From Octopus bimaculoides (lineage: Eukaryota): 64,000 bases of DNA. The DNA is taken from positions 26,606,177-26,670,176 of the forward strand of contig NC_068984.1 in NCBI RefSeq assembly GCF_001194135.2, written 5' to 3'. Position numbers and translations under genes: made by a program. Shown here piece by piece: positions 1 to 12,686 of the stretch. The notes below the pieces were generated by a model, which made no database searches, was not told the DNA's origin, and saw nothing but the letters and a program-made list of their open reading frames with translations. Within the stretch, counting starts at the first letter, position 1; the number at the start of each line of letters is the position of its first letter.

Positions 1-569
1 GAGTTCAAACAGATGAATTCGTGTACTGATGTGAAGACTTTTTTCTGACCGTGTCTGGTCAGAAGCCCACAGATGGCTTATTGTAGTGCTTCTTGAAATT
101 GTAGATACCGGTCCTCAGAACACCACACTGCCATTCAACCAATTTGGGGATAATACCATCCAACTTGCAGAGAATTGTGTTTGTTAAAAAGTGCTTGCAC
201 AATCTGGGGGCATCTATCTATCTGTCTGTCTGACGGAGTCGCTTACGCTTTAAGATTTAGCGGTGTTTGCTCAGGTTCGTTCAGAGTTATCTTACAACGA
301 AATTGGAACCTCGTTAATCGAGCATTGTGTTTCCCATTAGAGAGTAACAGCGTCACGGAGAGGGGAAACTTGCTACATGAGATACTATTGGTATTCGATA
401 AAGCAATACTCACCTACCCACCCACGTAAAACTTGTTCAAGTCTGCACCTTGGAGAGGAACATTCCAATTGCAGATACATGGTCAGATCATTGCTGACCG
501 AGGAAAGCCTTAAATATACCGCTTACCCCCTCCCCCCCACACATATCGTTTCTTTTAAGTTAGGTACAA

Positions 570-755
570 AGCAAGTATTTTTTTGAGTGGAAGAGATTGT
601 CGATTACGTCAACCCAAGGACATGACGGTTTCTTTATTTTATTGAGCCTGAAAGGATGAAAGTCAAAGTAGACCTCAGTCAAATTTGAACTCAGCAGAGT
701 CGGAACAAATACTGCAGATATTTTATCTAACATTTTAACAGTTCTGCCAATTGGC
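570..755 (-). mobile_element. Degraded SINE family A copy
   Basis: Matches the family A body repeated more than 20 times in the window (gaaaggatgaaag.caaagt.gacctc.g..aaatttgaactcag on the + strand). Confidence 0.7.
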
Positions 756-783
756 TATTTTTTCATTCATAATATAGATAGAA

Positions 784-785
<2 letters not shown>

Positions 786-844
<59 letters not shown>

Positions 845-845
845 C

Positions 846-896
<51 letters not shown>
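786..896. repeat. (TCTG)n/(TCTA)n compound microsatellite
   Basis: Direct tandem repeat. Confidence 0.97.
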
Positions 897-1175
897 ATGT
901 TTTCTTAATGACTGAGAAAAACAAACATTAAATGAAGAATAGGCTCAATACATTATGTACAATTTGCTAGAGACAGAGAGAGAGAGAGAAAGATGGGGAA
1001 AAGCTGATGGCGGATGAGCAATGAGGAGGATGTGGAGAGACAACACACGCAGACAGACTCACTGTCTCTTCACAATAAGTCTCTGTTGTGCAGAGAAACC
1101 CCTCAGATGTTTAGGGATTCCATTGGAGCAGGTTCAACAATTCGGTCTCACCACTTGTACATCTGTGCATATACG

Positions 1176-1330
1176 TATGTATGTATGTATGTATGTATGT
1201 ATGTATGTATGTATGTATGTATGTATGTATGTATGTATTATGCTTTTACGAGACGACAAAGAAAACAACGACGCCGTCGATGATAATGATGATAATGGTG
1301 ATGATAATGATGATGATAATGATGTCGAAG
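1176..1330. repeat. (ATGT)n followed by (GAT/AAT)n microsatellites
   Basis: Direct tandem repeats. These generate the MYVC and poly-M/D pseudo-ORFs. Confidence 0.95.
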
Positions 1331-1567
1331 GTAATGGTAATTCTTAAGTACATCCGGATTCCCTGCCAATAACTTTCAATCTCAATCATTCCATCTACCA
1401 TCAGATAAGAATGATTCTTATGTGGGGAGAGGAAAAAGACTGCTTTGCCTTCTTCCTTCTTCCTCATCTCCATTTTCGTCTCCACCTCCTTTCCGCCTTT
1501 TCATTCCTTCATGACGTCAGAATAACTGTCTATATACGTATATAGCTATACATACACGAATATATAT

Positions 1568-2176
1568 NNNNNNNNNNNNNNNNNNNNNNNNNNNNNNNNN
1601 NNNNNNNNNNNNNNNNNNNNNNNNNNNNNNNNNNNNNNNNNNNNNNNNNNNNNNNNNNNNNNNNNNNNNNNNNNNNNNNNNNNNNNNNNNNNNNNNNNNN
1701 NNNNNNNNNNNNNNNNNNNNNNNNNNNNNNNNNNNNNNNNNNNNNNNNNNNNNNNNNNNNNNNNNNNNNNNNNNNNNNNNNNNNNNNNNNNNNNNNNNNN
1801 NNNNNNNNNNNNNNNNNNNNNNNNNNNNNNNNNNNNNNNNNNNNNNNNNNNNNNNNNNNNNNNNNNNNNNNNNNNNNNNNNNNNNNNNNNNNNNNNNNNN
1901 NNNNNNNNNNNNNNNNNNNNNNNNNNNNNNNNNNNNNNNNNNNNNNNNNNNNNNNNNNNNNNNNNNNNNNNNNNNNNNNNNNNNNNNNNNNNNNNNNNNN
2001 NNNNNNNNNNNNNNNNNNNNNNNNNNNNNNNNNNNNNNNNNNNNNNNNNNNNNNNNNNNNNNNNNNNNNNNNNNNNNNNNNNNNNNNNNNNNNNNNNNNN
2101 NNNNNNNNNNNNNNNNNNNNNNNNNNNNNNNNNNNNNNNNNNNNNNNNNNNNNNNNNNNNNNNNNNNNNNNNNNNN
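1568..2176. other. Assembly gap. Others: 8978-9773, 11742-11779, 13321-13665, 14754-14763, 16350-16359, 22262-22271, 27397-27626, 39560-39848, 41225-41292, 41648-42246, 47354-47681, 50476-50598
   Basis: N-runs, mostly bordered by (TA)n, (CA)n, (TAA)n or poly-C. All X-rich ORFs are artefacts of these gaps. Confidence 0.99.
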
Positions 2177-2228
2177 CAAGTTAAAATAGAAAACGAAAAC
2201 TGGGAATTGGCAGAGAAAGCACTCAACA
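2177..2228 (+). other. Candidate exon 3' end (5' part lost in the gap)
   Basis: Ends at the consensus donor a|GTGAGT. Only one frame is open (QVKIENENWELAEKALN). Product not recognised. Confidence 0.2.
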
Positions 2229-2291
2229 GTGAGTACTGTCTTGTGTCTTTAAAAGGATGATAATATTAATAACATTAATAATAGTACCAAT

Positions 2292-2292
2292 G

Positions 2293-2352
<60 letters not shown>

Positions 2353-2385
2353 ATAGTAGTAGTAGTAGTAGTAGTAGTAATAATA

Positions 2386-2449
<64 letters not shown>

Positions 2450-2470
2450 TTAATAATAATAATTAATAAT
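2292..2470. repeat. (TAG)n(TAA)n microsatellite
   Basis: Direct tandem repeat. Confidence 0.97.
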
Positions 2471-2922
2471 AAACCAAACACTGGCTCTCATGGCTTCTGA
2501 TCTTAAATGATTGGAAGTGTTATCATGTACATGTTTTGTTTTGGTATAAGAGACAGGCTACAGCAAATATTCTGCTCAATACCACAGATTTGTTAGTCAG
2601 TTGTTTGGCCTTAACCAGTTGAACGCGTCCCTTGCTGGCTGACGATATGTGCATATTTGATCACGAGCAGAAGTAGTGGGGGAGCATCATAGCCATGGGT
2701 TGAGAGGAATTCTTTGGGGTTTGAATCATTCACCTCTGGAAACATGGGTGTTTCATTCAACATTCTTAAACAACCCTTATTCAGGGATCTTTTGAGTAGG
2801 ATGGGCTAGTCCACCCGATGAAAATTCTAACTGGGCCCACTTGCAAGTGTATATACATTTAGAATGCATACATTTAGAATGATGCACGGATGGTGCTATT
2901 AACACACACACACACACACACG

Positions 2923-2994
<72 letters not shown>

Positions 2995-3182
2995 CAGATA
3001 CACACATGCACACATACACACATATATACATTGACACGCATATGATGGTAACGAGGGGAGGAATAATTATATAATATCAGAAGTACACTATGAATAATTT
3101 AATTCTGTGAAGTGAAACAGCTGTCGGTCAATCGAGCATCTTAATGTACATCTCGTCTCTCACCCCTCTTTATATTCTTCAG

Positions 3183-3355
3183 GTCTCCGTCTCACTTGCC
3201 AAAGTCTGTACCCACATCTCTACTGCATTCATTACTTCTTCCCTGTCTTTTTTGCCTCGTCGGCTGCTCACAGCTCAGGGATTCCTGCATAGCACGTGTA
3301 CTGCCTTGACGTTCATACTGCAAACTGACCGAATCATTCTGGGTTGTTGAATGAG
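3183..3355 (+). other. Candidate non-coding or 5'UTR exon
   Basis: Polypyrimidine acceptor ctctttatattcttcAG| and donor ATGAG|GTATGT, 173 nt apart. All three frames contain stops. An ATG sits 5 nt before the donor. Confidence 0.3.
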
Positions 3356-3638
3356 GTATGTACGGACAAGAGAAGGAAGAGGATTATGATCACCTTGTGC
3401 CATTTTTAGAGCACATCATCTTTTGATAAACTAATTTATCTAAAATATATTTACATACAAATATATATATATATATATATTTTTTTTTTTTTTCATTGCA
3501 AAAAGCAAAGGTGATAATACAAAAATATATAAAAACAAAATAAATAAAATTATGCAATAAATGCTTTCTTTCTATAGGATAATTCTGCAAAGGCATACGT
3601 GTCAAAATATGAAATATGATTCTGCACCGTATTTAAGT

Positions 3639-3919
3639 GTGGAGGCGCAGTGGCCCAGTGGATAGGGCAGCGGACTCGCGGTCGGAGGATCACGATTTCG
3701 ATTCCCAGACCGGGCGTTGTGTGTGCTTATTCAGCGAAAACACCTAAGCTCCACGAGGCTCCGGCAGGGGGTGGTGGCGACCCCTTTGTACATTTTCGCC
3801 CCAACTTTCACTCTTTCAGTAACGCTGCGATGGACTGGGGAGAACACATACGTCATAGAAATCGGGAAACCGGGCCCGTGAGCCTGGCTAGGCTTTGAAA
3901 GGGGTGCATAAAAAAAAAT
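3639..3919 (+). mobile_element. tRNA(Arg)-like SINE, family B, short poly-A-tailed form
   Basis: A-box tggcccagtgg, B-box-like atttcgattccc and a TCG anticodon-like loop. Poly-A tail. Perfect 12-bp TSD ccgtatttaagt at 3627-3638 and 3920-3931. Resembles the octopus OR-type SINEs as I recall them. Confidence 0.9.
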
Positions 3920-4193
3920 CCGTATTTAAGTAAGAAGAGACATTTGTGTGATTAGTGTTGTGCAAGTTGTATGTCATCAGCTGGGCTGGACTGTTATTTT
4001 CACTTTGCAAATCGTTAACAAGCAATGGTTAAATTTAATATGGAGTTGGCTTCCATCACACACATTCACACACATACACGTTATAAGAACATGTAAATAT
4101 GCGAACACAAGAAACAATGAGGAAAACAATCGAACGAATACATTGATTTATCACATTTGAATCATGTATTTATCCACTGCATTCTGTCAACAG

Positions 4194-4273
4194 TTACTTC
4201 CATTCACTCACACTAAAACCAAGCTCGCTCGAGATTTGTTTCAACCAATCAGAAGACTTGCACTGTTCGCTAT
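4194..4273 (+). other. Candidate 80-nt exon
   Basis: Acceptor attctgtcaacAG| and donor ctat|GTAAGT. Joined to 3355 it would read MSYFHSLTLKPSSLEICFNQSEDLHCSL. No homology recognised. Confidence 0.15.
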
Positions 4274-4477
4274 GTAAGTCTTTAACCAGGGCTACAGACT
4301 GAATGATCGAGACGACTTAGATTTTTCGTGTTTTCGTGAAACCCAGGATACTGAATAGCCTTTAGCTCAGGCGACCAAATAAATTGCATGTTCGTGTGTC
4401 TTTATACACACACAGTATGACTTATTATTTGTAGCTTATATGATTTTATAGTCCTTCTTTCATCTGTTGAGTGTCGT

Positions 4478-4525
<48 letters not shown>

Positions 4526-4879
4526 AATTTAACTTTCAGTTGCATATTTTGTCTCATTGTCTGAACGTTCTTTCAATTTCGCCATCATTCTGTCTGCCCG
4601 TTTGTTTGCCACTCTCTGTTTCTCGTAGTCTCTGTCTGTCTCTCCTTCTCCCTCTCTCTCTTCGTTCGTCCATTCTATTATCTATTTATTTGTTCTTTGT
4701 TTATTTATTGGTGACAGGAACCAATTTTCTGGTTCTTGCTTTTCAGACGTTTGGGATTCACTTGAAATATTCTTAATTGGGACAAGGATGTGTGTGGGAA
4801 GATCATTGTGTTATGCTGTGTGTGAGACTGTGCGTGTATTTTGTCAGTGTCCTTATGTGTATATCTTCTATATGTATTC

Positions 4880-5077
4880 CTTTGTGGGTGTGTGTGTGTG
4901 TTCGTGTGTGCACGTGTATACGTTTGTATGCATTTGTGGTTTCATGTGGCCGCGTGTGAGCGTGTGAACATGAGGTTCTGTGTGTAAAGCTGTGTATATG
5001 TGTTGCTATATGTGGGCTTGTAAATTCATCTACATGTAATTGAATTGTGTGAGTGTATTTGTGCGTTGTTGTTGTTG

Positions 5078-5119
<42 letters not shown>

Positions 5120-6480
5120 ACGCGCGCGAGTATTTATGTATGTCTATGGATTTGTATTCGCTTCTGTGTTTGTGTCTATTTGTGTGTGTCTGAATACATT
5201 TGTATTTGTGTTCGTGTGTATGTGTGCGTGTGAGAAAGAGAGAGAAGGAGAGAGAGAAAGAGAGAGAGAGAGAGAAAAGAGAGAGAGAGGGGAGAGAGAA
5301 AGAGAGAGAGAGAGAGAAAAGAGAGAGAGAGAGAGAAAAGAGAGAGAGAGAATGTGTGTGTGTGAGAGAGAGTGTGTGTGTGAGAGAGAGAGTGTGTGTG
5401 CATGAGAGAGAGGGAGAGAGAGAGTGTGTGCGTGAGAGAGAGGGAGAGAGAGAGTGTGTGTGCGTGTTTGCGTGTGCACGCGCACGAACATTTATGTGTG
5501 TCTATGCATTTGTGTTCGCTTCCATATTCGAGTATGTCTGGCTATAATTGTATTTGTGTTTGTGTGTGTATGTGCATGTGTTTATGTGTGTATATCTCTA
5601 TGCCCTTATGTGTATGTGTGCGTATGTCACTATGTATTTGAACATGTAATATGTATTTGAGAAAGCGAACGATAAAAGGTCAAATAGAGAGGGAGAGGAT
5701 GAGTGAGTGAGTGAGTAAACGAGTGAGCAGTCTCCTTCGTGGTGGCGGCTGGGGGTGGCTTTATTTGTCTTTGCACACTAATAGCTAGTGTTTGTGCGTA
5801 TATATGTGTGTGAATGTGTTAACGTCTGTCGGTACGAGTTTGAGCCTTGATGCATGCGTATGTGCTCTCGTGTGTGTATGTGCTCTCGTGTGTGTATGTG
5901 CTCTCGTGTGTGTATGTGCTTGTGCTTTGTTTGTGTGTGTCCGTGTCAACTTGCTCACTTAAGGACGTGCATTTTATGCATTTGTTTGTGTGTTTGAATG
6001 AATGTGCACCACCAAAATATTATTTTTGTTTCTGTGATTGTATGAATGGGTCTGCATGTGCACATATTTATTTCTTTGTGTGTGAGTGATCATGTATGCG
6101 CACGTGTGTATGCGTGTGTGTATGTGTGTGTGTGTATGTGTGTGAGTGTGTGCGTGTGATGGTCTGAGTGTGTGTTGCGTGTGTGTTTTGCATACAATGT
6201 GTGTACGAATGTGCACGTGTGTGTATGTGTAGGTGTGTGCATTTGTGCAAGTGTATATATGTATGTGCACGTAAAAGTGTTTTAATGTAGTGAATATTTA
6301 CGCGCGAGCAAAGCATAAAACAAGTATGTATATGTATGTATGTACGTACGTACGTATGTATGTATGTATGTATGTATGTATGTATGTATGTATGTATGAG
6401 TTTGTGCATACGTATGTTATGTGTGTATGCAAATGTATACATTCACTTGCATGTACGTATATATGTTCGTGTGTGTTTAT
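4880..6480. repeat. Long compound low-complexity tract: (TG)n, (GA)n, (ATGT)n and an 18-bp unit x3 near 5866-5920
   Basis: Direct tandem repeats. Confidence 0.93.
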
Positions 6481-6728
6481 GTATGTGCGTTCGTCAGGAA
6501 TACAAATGTGTGCTCTAGCACCTGCATATGTTTACACGTGTGTGCTTCCGTGAATATGACTGTTTAAGTTGGAGCTGGTGTGCATACGTGTGCCCTCGCA
6601 CCTGCGTCTATTTACTCTTATGTGTTTTAGTGATAACGAGTGTGTGTTCGACTTAGCGACTGTGAGCAGAGAAGGGTAAATGTGTGTGGAGGCGCTAGTT
6701 TAGTATCAAACTTAATATCAACCGGGCG

Positions 6729-7160
6729 AAGGCGGCGAGCTGGCAGAAACGTTAACACACCGGGTGAAATGCTTAGCGGTATTTCGTCTGCCGCTCCGTT
6801 CTGAGTTCAAATTCTGCCGAGGTCGACTTTGCCTTTCATCCTTTCGGGGTCGATAAATTAAGTACCAGTTACGCATTGGGGTCGATGTAATCGACTTAAT
6901 CCCTTTATCTGTCCTTGTTTGTCCCTCTATGTTTAGCCCATTGTGGGCAATAAAGGTATAAGAAACGTTTGCACGCCGGGCGAAATGCGTAGCGGTATTT
7001 CATCTGTCTTTACGTTCTGGGTTCAAATTTCGCCGAGGTCGACTTTGCCTTTCATCCTATCGAGGTCGATAAATTAAGTACCAGTTGCATACTGGGGTCA
7101 ATCTAATCGACTGACCCATTCTCTAAAATTTTCTGGCCTTGTGCCTAGAATAGAAAAGAA
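6729..7160 (+). mobile_element. Dimeric SINE family A
   Basis: Two related units (second unit lacks its first bases) joined by a linker at about 6896-6961. Flanked by aatatcaacc[g/a]ggcgaa at 6714-6730 and 7159-7175 (16/17 identical, a TSD). Confidence 0.9.
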
Positions 7161-7204
7161 TATCAACCAGGCGAAAGAAAAATAAAATAATGATGATCTT
7201 TTTT

Positions 7205-7515
7205 CTGCTTAGTGGTTACGGTGTTCGGTTCACGATAATAAGATCGTGAGTTCGCTTCGTGGCGGTGCGTTGTGTCCTTGAGTAAGACACTTTATTATTT
7301 TACATTGAACCAGTTCAAAAGTGAGTAGTAGTTGCATTTCAAAGAGCCATTCTTGTCACATTCTGTGTCACGCTGAATCTCTCTGAGAACTATGTTAAGG
7401 GTACGCATGTTTGTGGAGTCTTCAGCCACTTGCACACTAATTTCACGAGCAGGCAGTTCTGTTGATCAGATCAGCTGGAACCCTTGTCATCGTAACCGAC
7501 GGAGTGCCAGGAACA
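7205..7515 (+). mobile_element. SINE family B, long-tail form, degraded
   Basis: tRNA-like head remnant, and a 3' tail (gtcacgctgaat..gagaacta.gttaagggtac..gacggagtgc) shared with 59772-60159. Confidence 0.8.
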
Positions 7516-7869
7516 AGTTCTTAAATTTATAGCATTGCTCATTGAATGAACCACGTGATCCGAGGCTGGATACGGCTTCGCATCAACCGGGGACAATCAT
7601 TTCTACAATGGTATCAAATGACTAATACGATATGAAGAAATTTGATTGACGGTAACTCCGAAGATCGTCACATGTATGTATGTATGTATGTATGTATGTG
7701 CGTGTTTGTGCGTGCGTGCGTGTGTGTGTGTGTGTGTGTGTTTGTGTGTGTGTGTGCGTGTGTGTGCGTATGTGTGCGCTTGCGTGTATAAGTACTTTAC
7801 TGGTTTCAGGCAAAAGCTGCGGCCTTGCTGTAATACGGTCTTTAATTTAACACCCACTTTTCGGCTTAT

Positions 7870-8428
7870 TTTTCCAGATCAGTATCTAGTAGATTAGGGA
7901 TTTGGACACAGCTGCTCTTTGTGTTTCCTACCGCGACGTAGGCTCATGTGGTACCCAGATTGAAATCTGCCCCAATGGTTTTTGAAGTCATGAAGTCATC
8001 TGCATCTACACCTTGCAGAACTATGAGTCTATTTGGCAGAATGTCGAAAAGTTGTGGGTATTTGAATTCTAAGCTGTAAAAGTGCCACGCCCTTACTCCA
8101 GATGGAAAGGACAGGATATTAGGTACTATACAGTGGCATCAAGTTCGGTGGTTGGTACTACTTTCAATCCCAAAGTTGGGATCTAGACCCTCACGGATCT
8201 TTCAGCTTATCTGTTACACCGACACAAGCTTTTTTGTATAGGGGCGTTGGATTGCTTTGAGTTCCGCTGTTAGTTTGATGCTTTGTGGAGGAGACAACAG
8301 TTGGTACAGTAACCTAGGAGGCCGAGAACAAATATTCTCCATAGGAATTGGATTGTATCCTTTCTCCTGGTTCTGAATGATATCAGAATCCAACCAGACA
8401 TTCTCCTGAACGGTGTTGCCATCTAAGT
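7870..8428 (-). mobile_element. CR1/L2/Jockey-group LINE ORF2 C-terminal fragment (pseudogenised)
   Basis: Frameshifted translation GWILISFRTR..FLWRIFVLGLLGYC / LSPPQSIKLTAELKAIQRPYTKK, then ..FDILPNRLIVLQGVDA..EPTSR.ETQRAAVSKSL. This matches the post-RT LDYCSxxWSP..LExIQRxxTK and RAAxSNSL-type terminus of this group. Confidence 0.75.
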
Positions 8429-8912
8429 AATATGCACATGATGTGTGTGCGTGCGTGTTTGTGTATCTGTCTGTCTGTCTGTATTGCATATCATATTGAG
8501 CCTAAGAGACTGATTAACAAAATTAAAAACACGCGTACATGAGGGTGTTTGAGAATTCGATCTAAGCAGTTAAATCGAGACAGAAGAGAAATGCAACTAA
8601 ATACCACCTGGTATTTTTTGCTCAGAACTTTCCGGAAATTTCTAAGAATCCACTACCCAATGAAGAATTTAAAAAATGAAAGCGAGGGCTGAGAATTAAT
8701 GTGTGCGTGCGCGTGCGTGTGTGCGTATGTGTATGTGTGTGTGTGTGCGCGTACATATATAGCAACAAGCACACATTTTTAGGCATATCCAATGAGAAAT
8801 TATATAAACAAGCATGAATAAAAGGAAAAACGTTAGTGAGAGCCAGGTGGGTATTGAAATCTGACCGTTTCATAATGTTTACATACGTTCTTAATTAATT
8901 AATTAATCAGTT

Positions 8913-8977
<65 letters not shown>

Positions 8978-9837
8978 NNNNNNNNNNNNNNNNNNNNNNN
9001 NNNNNNNNNNNNNNNNNNNNNNNNNNNNNNNNNNNNNNNNNNNNNNNNNNNNNNNNNNNNNNNNNNNNNNNNNNNNNNNNNNNNNNNNNNNNNNNNNNNN
9101 NNNNNNNNNNNNNNNNNNNNNNNNNNNNNNNNNNNNNNNNNNNNNNNNNNNNNNNNNNNNNNNNNNNNNNNNNNNNNNNNNNNNNNNNNNNNNNNNNNNN
9201 NNNNNNNNNNNNNNNNNNNNNNNNNNNNNNNNNNNNNNNNNNNNNNNNNNNNNNNNNNNNNNNNNNNNNNNNNNNNNNNNNNNNNNNNNNNNNNNNNNNN
9301 NNNNNNNNNNNNNNNNNNNNNNNNNNNNNNNNNNNNNNNNNNNNNNNNNNNNNNNNNNNNNNNNNNNNNNNNNNNNNNNNNNNNNNNNNNNNNNNNNNNN
9401 NNNNNNNNNNNNNNNNNNNNNNNNNNNNNNNNNNNNNNNNNNNNNNNNNNNNNNNNNNNNNNNNNNNNNNNNNNNNNNNNNNNNNNNNNNNNNNNNNNNN
9501 NNNNNNNNNNNNNNNNNNNNNNNNNNNNNNNNNNNNNNNNNNNNNNNNNNNNNNNNNNNNNNNNNNNNNNNNNNNNNNNNNNNNNNNNNNNNNNNNNNNN
9601 NNNNNNNNNNNNNNNNNNNNNNNNNNNNNNNNNNNNNNNNNNNNNNNNNNNNNNNNNNNNNNNNNNNNNNNNNNNNNNNNNNNNNNNNNNNNNNNNNNNN
9701 NNNNNNNNNNNNNNNNNNNNNNNNNNNNNNNNNNNNNNNNNNNNNNNNNNNNNNNNNNNNNNNNNNNNNNNNNATATATATATATATATATATATTTACA
9801 TACATATATATATACGTGTGTGTATTTGTGTGTTTGT

Positions 9838-10030
9838 GTTTGTCCTTCCACCATCGCTTGACAACCGATCTTGGTGTCCTTACGTCTCTGTAACTTAGCA
9901 GTTCGGCAAAAGAGACCGATAGAATAAGTACTAAGCTTAGAAAGAATAAGTCCTGGGATCGATTTGTTCGATTGAAAGGCAGTGCTCCAGCATGGCTGCA
10001 GTCAAATGGCTGAAACATGTAAAAGAATAA
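9838..10030 (+). mobile_element. SINE family C 3' module (head probably in the gap)
   Basis: ccaccatcgcttgacaaccg..gaccgatagaataagtact..gctccagcatggc..gaaaca.gtaaaag, shared with four other copies. Confidence 0.8.
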
Positions 10031-10355
10031 GAACATAGTTGCCATTCGTAAGCGAGTATGATCTGTTAAATTGTACCATGCTTTCATTGTGTTATTTTAT
10101 GGGTCCCTGTATTTGCAAACCGACAGAGATACCTTTTGGATTTCTCAAGTTTTGATCCAGCGGAACCGCAAAGATGTAGCAACTGATGTGGGAGAGGGCT
10201 GCATAAACACTAAGCTGGTACTAAGTTTCGGTTAAGCAGAATAGTACGAAGTCGAATGAACTGTCGGGGCCCGGAACCGAGCCACAACCTTATGATCCTG
10301 AACGCAGCGCTTTCATTACTACGCCTCACACACACACACATGTATGTATGTATAC

Positions 10356-10512
10356 GCGCAGGCGCAGCTGTGTGGTAAGGAGGTTGCTTCCCAACTACAT
10401 AGTTCCGAGTTCAATCCCACAGTGTGACACTTTGGGTCTTCTACTATAGCACCGGGCAGACCAAAGCCTTGTGTATAAACTTAGTAGACGGTATCTGAAA
10501 GAAATCCGTCGA
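10356..10512 (+). mobile_element. SINE family C tRNA-like 5' module, followed by a (TG/TA)n tract
   Basis: gcgcaggcgcagctgtgtggtaag..gagttcaatccca..ctactatagc..gaccaaagccttgtg, shared with 11821, 16425, 26259 and 28044. Confidence 0.85.
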
Positions 10513-11820
10513 AAATATACATATACGTGTGTGCGTGTGTGCGCGCGTTTGTGTGTGTATGCGCGCGCGTTTGAGCGTGTATGTTTGTGTATATATACGT
10601 GTATATGCATCGATGTATATAAAATTAAGAACGTATGTACACACGGCCATTATGAAACGGTCAGGTTGCAATGCCCACCTGGTTCTCACTCGCTTCTTTT
10701 TATTCTTATTTGTTTAGACAATTTCTCGTTCATATGCGGATATATGTACACACATATACACATGCACATACATGCACACTCACACACACATACACACACA
10801 CACACATATGTATATGAGTGCGCATATATATGTTTATACATACACACACACATATACATATGTGTATATATAAATGTATATATATGTATATATGAATATA
10901 TACGAATGTTTGCGTTTGTGTGTGCGTATACACACACACGAACACACACACACATACATACACACGCACACACACTCGCAGACGCATATACATGTATGTT
11001 CAGGCAGATAAACGTACCCCTCATACGCACGCACGCACCCACGCTCGCACACACATACACCCACACATGCGCATGCGCGCACACACAGACGGAAGATTCT
11101 TGAGGGTTATGTTCCAATTTAACTTTTTGGTTTGTAGGAAATAACGAACAAGAGCAATAGGAAATGCTGTCACAACCTCAAACATCCTCCATCACACTCT
11201 CACATCAGGAGTCGAAATTTAAATAGTTAAGCTAATTTTAACACGTTTAATGTAGGAAACATTACGTAACTTAACCAGAATGGATTATGAAGTAATGCAA
11301 AAACAATAGTCATCGACAAACCTCTTAATTACTTTATTAAGTATGGAAGATGGCTCCGTACTTGTGCTCTTATTGCGATCTCATGAGTAAATGTTTTCCT
11401 ATTTAATGTTCCAGTTTAGCCAATAAAAACGCACGCACTGTATATTTGGTGTTAATTTGCTTCAGCTTTACATTACATTACATTAATCATATTTCGGCCA
11501 GAGTTCTTTCGTTACACTTCTGTGACCTCATCAGTGGTCCTTTGCTTTCTTCTTTCTTATGTGTCCCTCCTTTCTTATATGTGTGTCCCTCCTTTCTTAT
11601 ATGTGTGTCCCTCCACACATATAAGAAAGAAGAAAGCAATGTTGCTTATTTTTTGGTAGTTTTTGACTTATTTAGTCCCTCGAAGCGTGAGGCATTACTA
11701 CACAGTTAATGTCCTTTATATATATATATATATATATATATNNNNNNNNNNNNNNNNNNNNNNNNNNNNNNNNNNNNNNTATAATGCAAACAATTATTAC
11801 ATTAGAAATACGTCTACAAT

Positions 11821-11980
11821 AGGCACTGGTGTTTGGCTAAGATGACAGCTTTGCAGCCATGTGCTTTTGGGTTCAGTACCACATTGCAGCACTTTGGGCA
11901 AGTGGCTTCTACAATAGTTCTGAGCCGACCAATGCCTTAGGGATGAGTTTGGTGGACCGAAACTTTGTGGAAGTCGTTCT
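11821..11980 (+). mobile_element. SINE family C 5' module, degraded
   Basis: gggttcagtaccac..gcactttgggcaagtggcttctac..ccgaccaatgccttag, followed by (ATGT)n. Confidence 0.75.
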
Positions 11981-12072
11981 TGAATGCATGCATGCATGCA
12001 TGCATGTATGTATGTATGTATGTATGTATGTATGTATGTATGTATGTATGCGTGTGCGTATGTAGGCATGTC

Positions 12073-12124
<52 letters not shown>

Positions 12125-12625
12125 AGAAATAGCACGTAGCACAGGTGAGCAAATTGGTGACATTAGCGGGAGCTCACTGAGGAGAAAAGCTCGCCAGTAC
12201 TCTTCCAACATGCTTAGTTAGAACATGGAAGCTCGACCAATGACATAGATGTTACGATATCAACACATAGAACAGACATGACACTTAGATTATAGAGGCC
12301 ACTCACATTGTAATAGACAAATCAAGCCTCAACAGAGAACATGAATGGAATAATAACATCCCTCCACTTCTCCACACTTCGCAACCTGACGACTAAAGAT
12401 AAAATGAGAGAAGGAAGAAAAAGACACAGATACAAACAGTATAATACATAAATACACTAGAGATACTTACGCACACTAAAACGGAATGAGAAATATAAAT
12501 AAGTGAATAAACGAATAAAAGATAACTAAATAAAAAAAAACCGGGTACAAACGGTGTGGTAAGTAAATCCATATACACGCATACAAAAACATACGCTAAA
12601 CACATAGATACGCGCGCGCGGGCAT

Positions 12626-12686
<61 letters not shown>

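Noticed and set aside
1-530. Possible minus-strand exon at about 414-508 (LSSVSNDLTMYLQLECSSPRCRLEQVLRGWV, donor GTGAGT) or a retroelement remnant
   Set aside because: The acceptor is weak, no motif is recognisable, and neighbouring segments have stops in all frames.
2481-2850. Segment that I recall as a common octopus dispersed repeat
   Set aside because: There is only one copy in the window and no diagnostic motif, so it cannot be supported from the sequence.
3114-3130. GAAAC-AGCT-GTC, resembling the 3' half of a PLE hammerhead
   Set aside because: There is no upstream CUGANGA or helix I partner.
3639-3715. tRNA-Arg gene
   Set aside because: It is the head of a SINE. It continues into the SINE body, has a TSD and lacks a closing acceptor stem.
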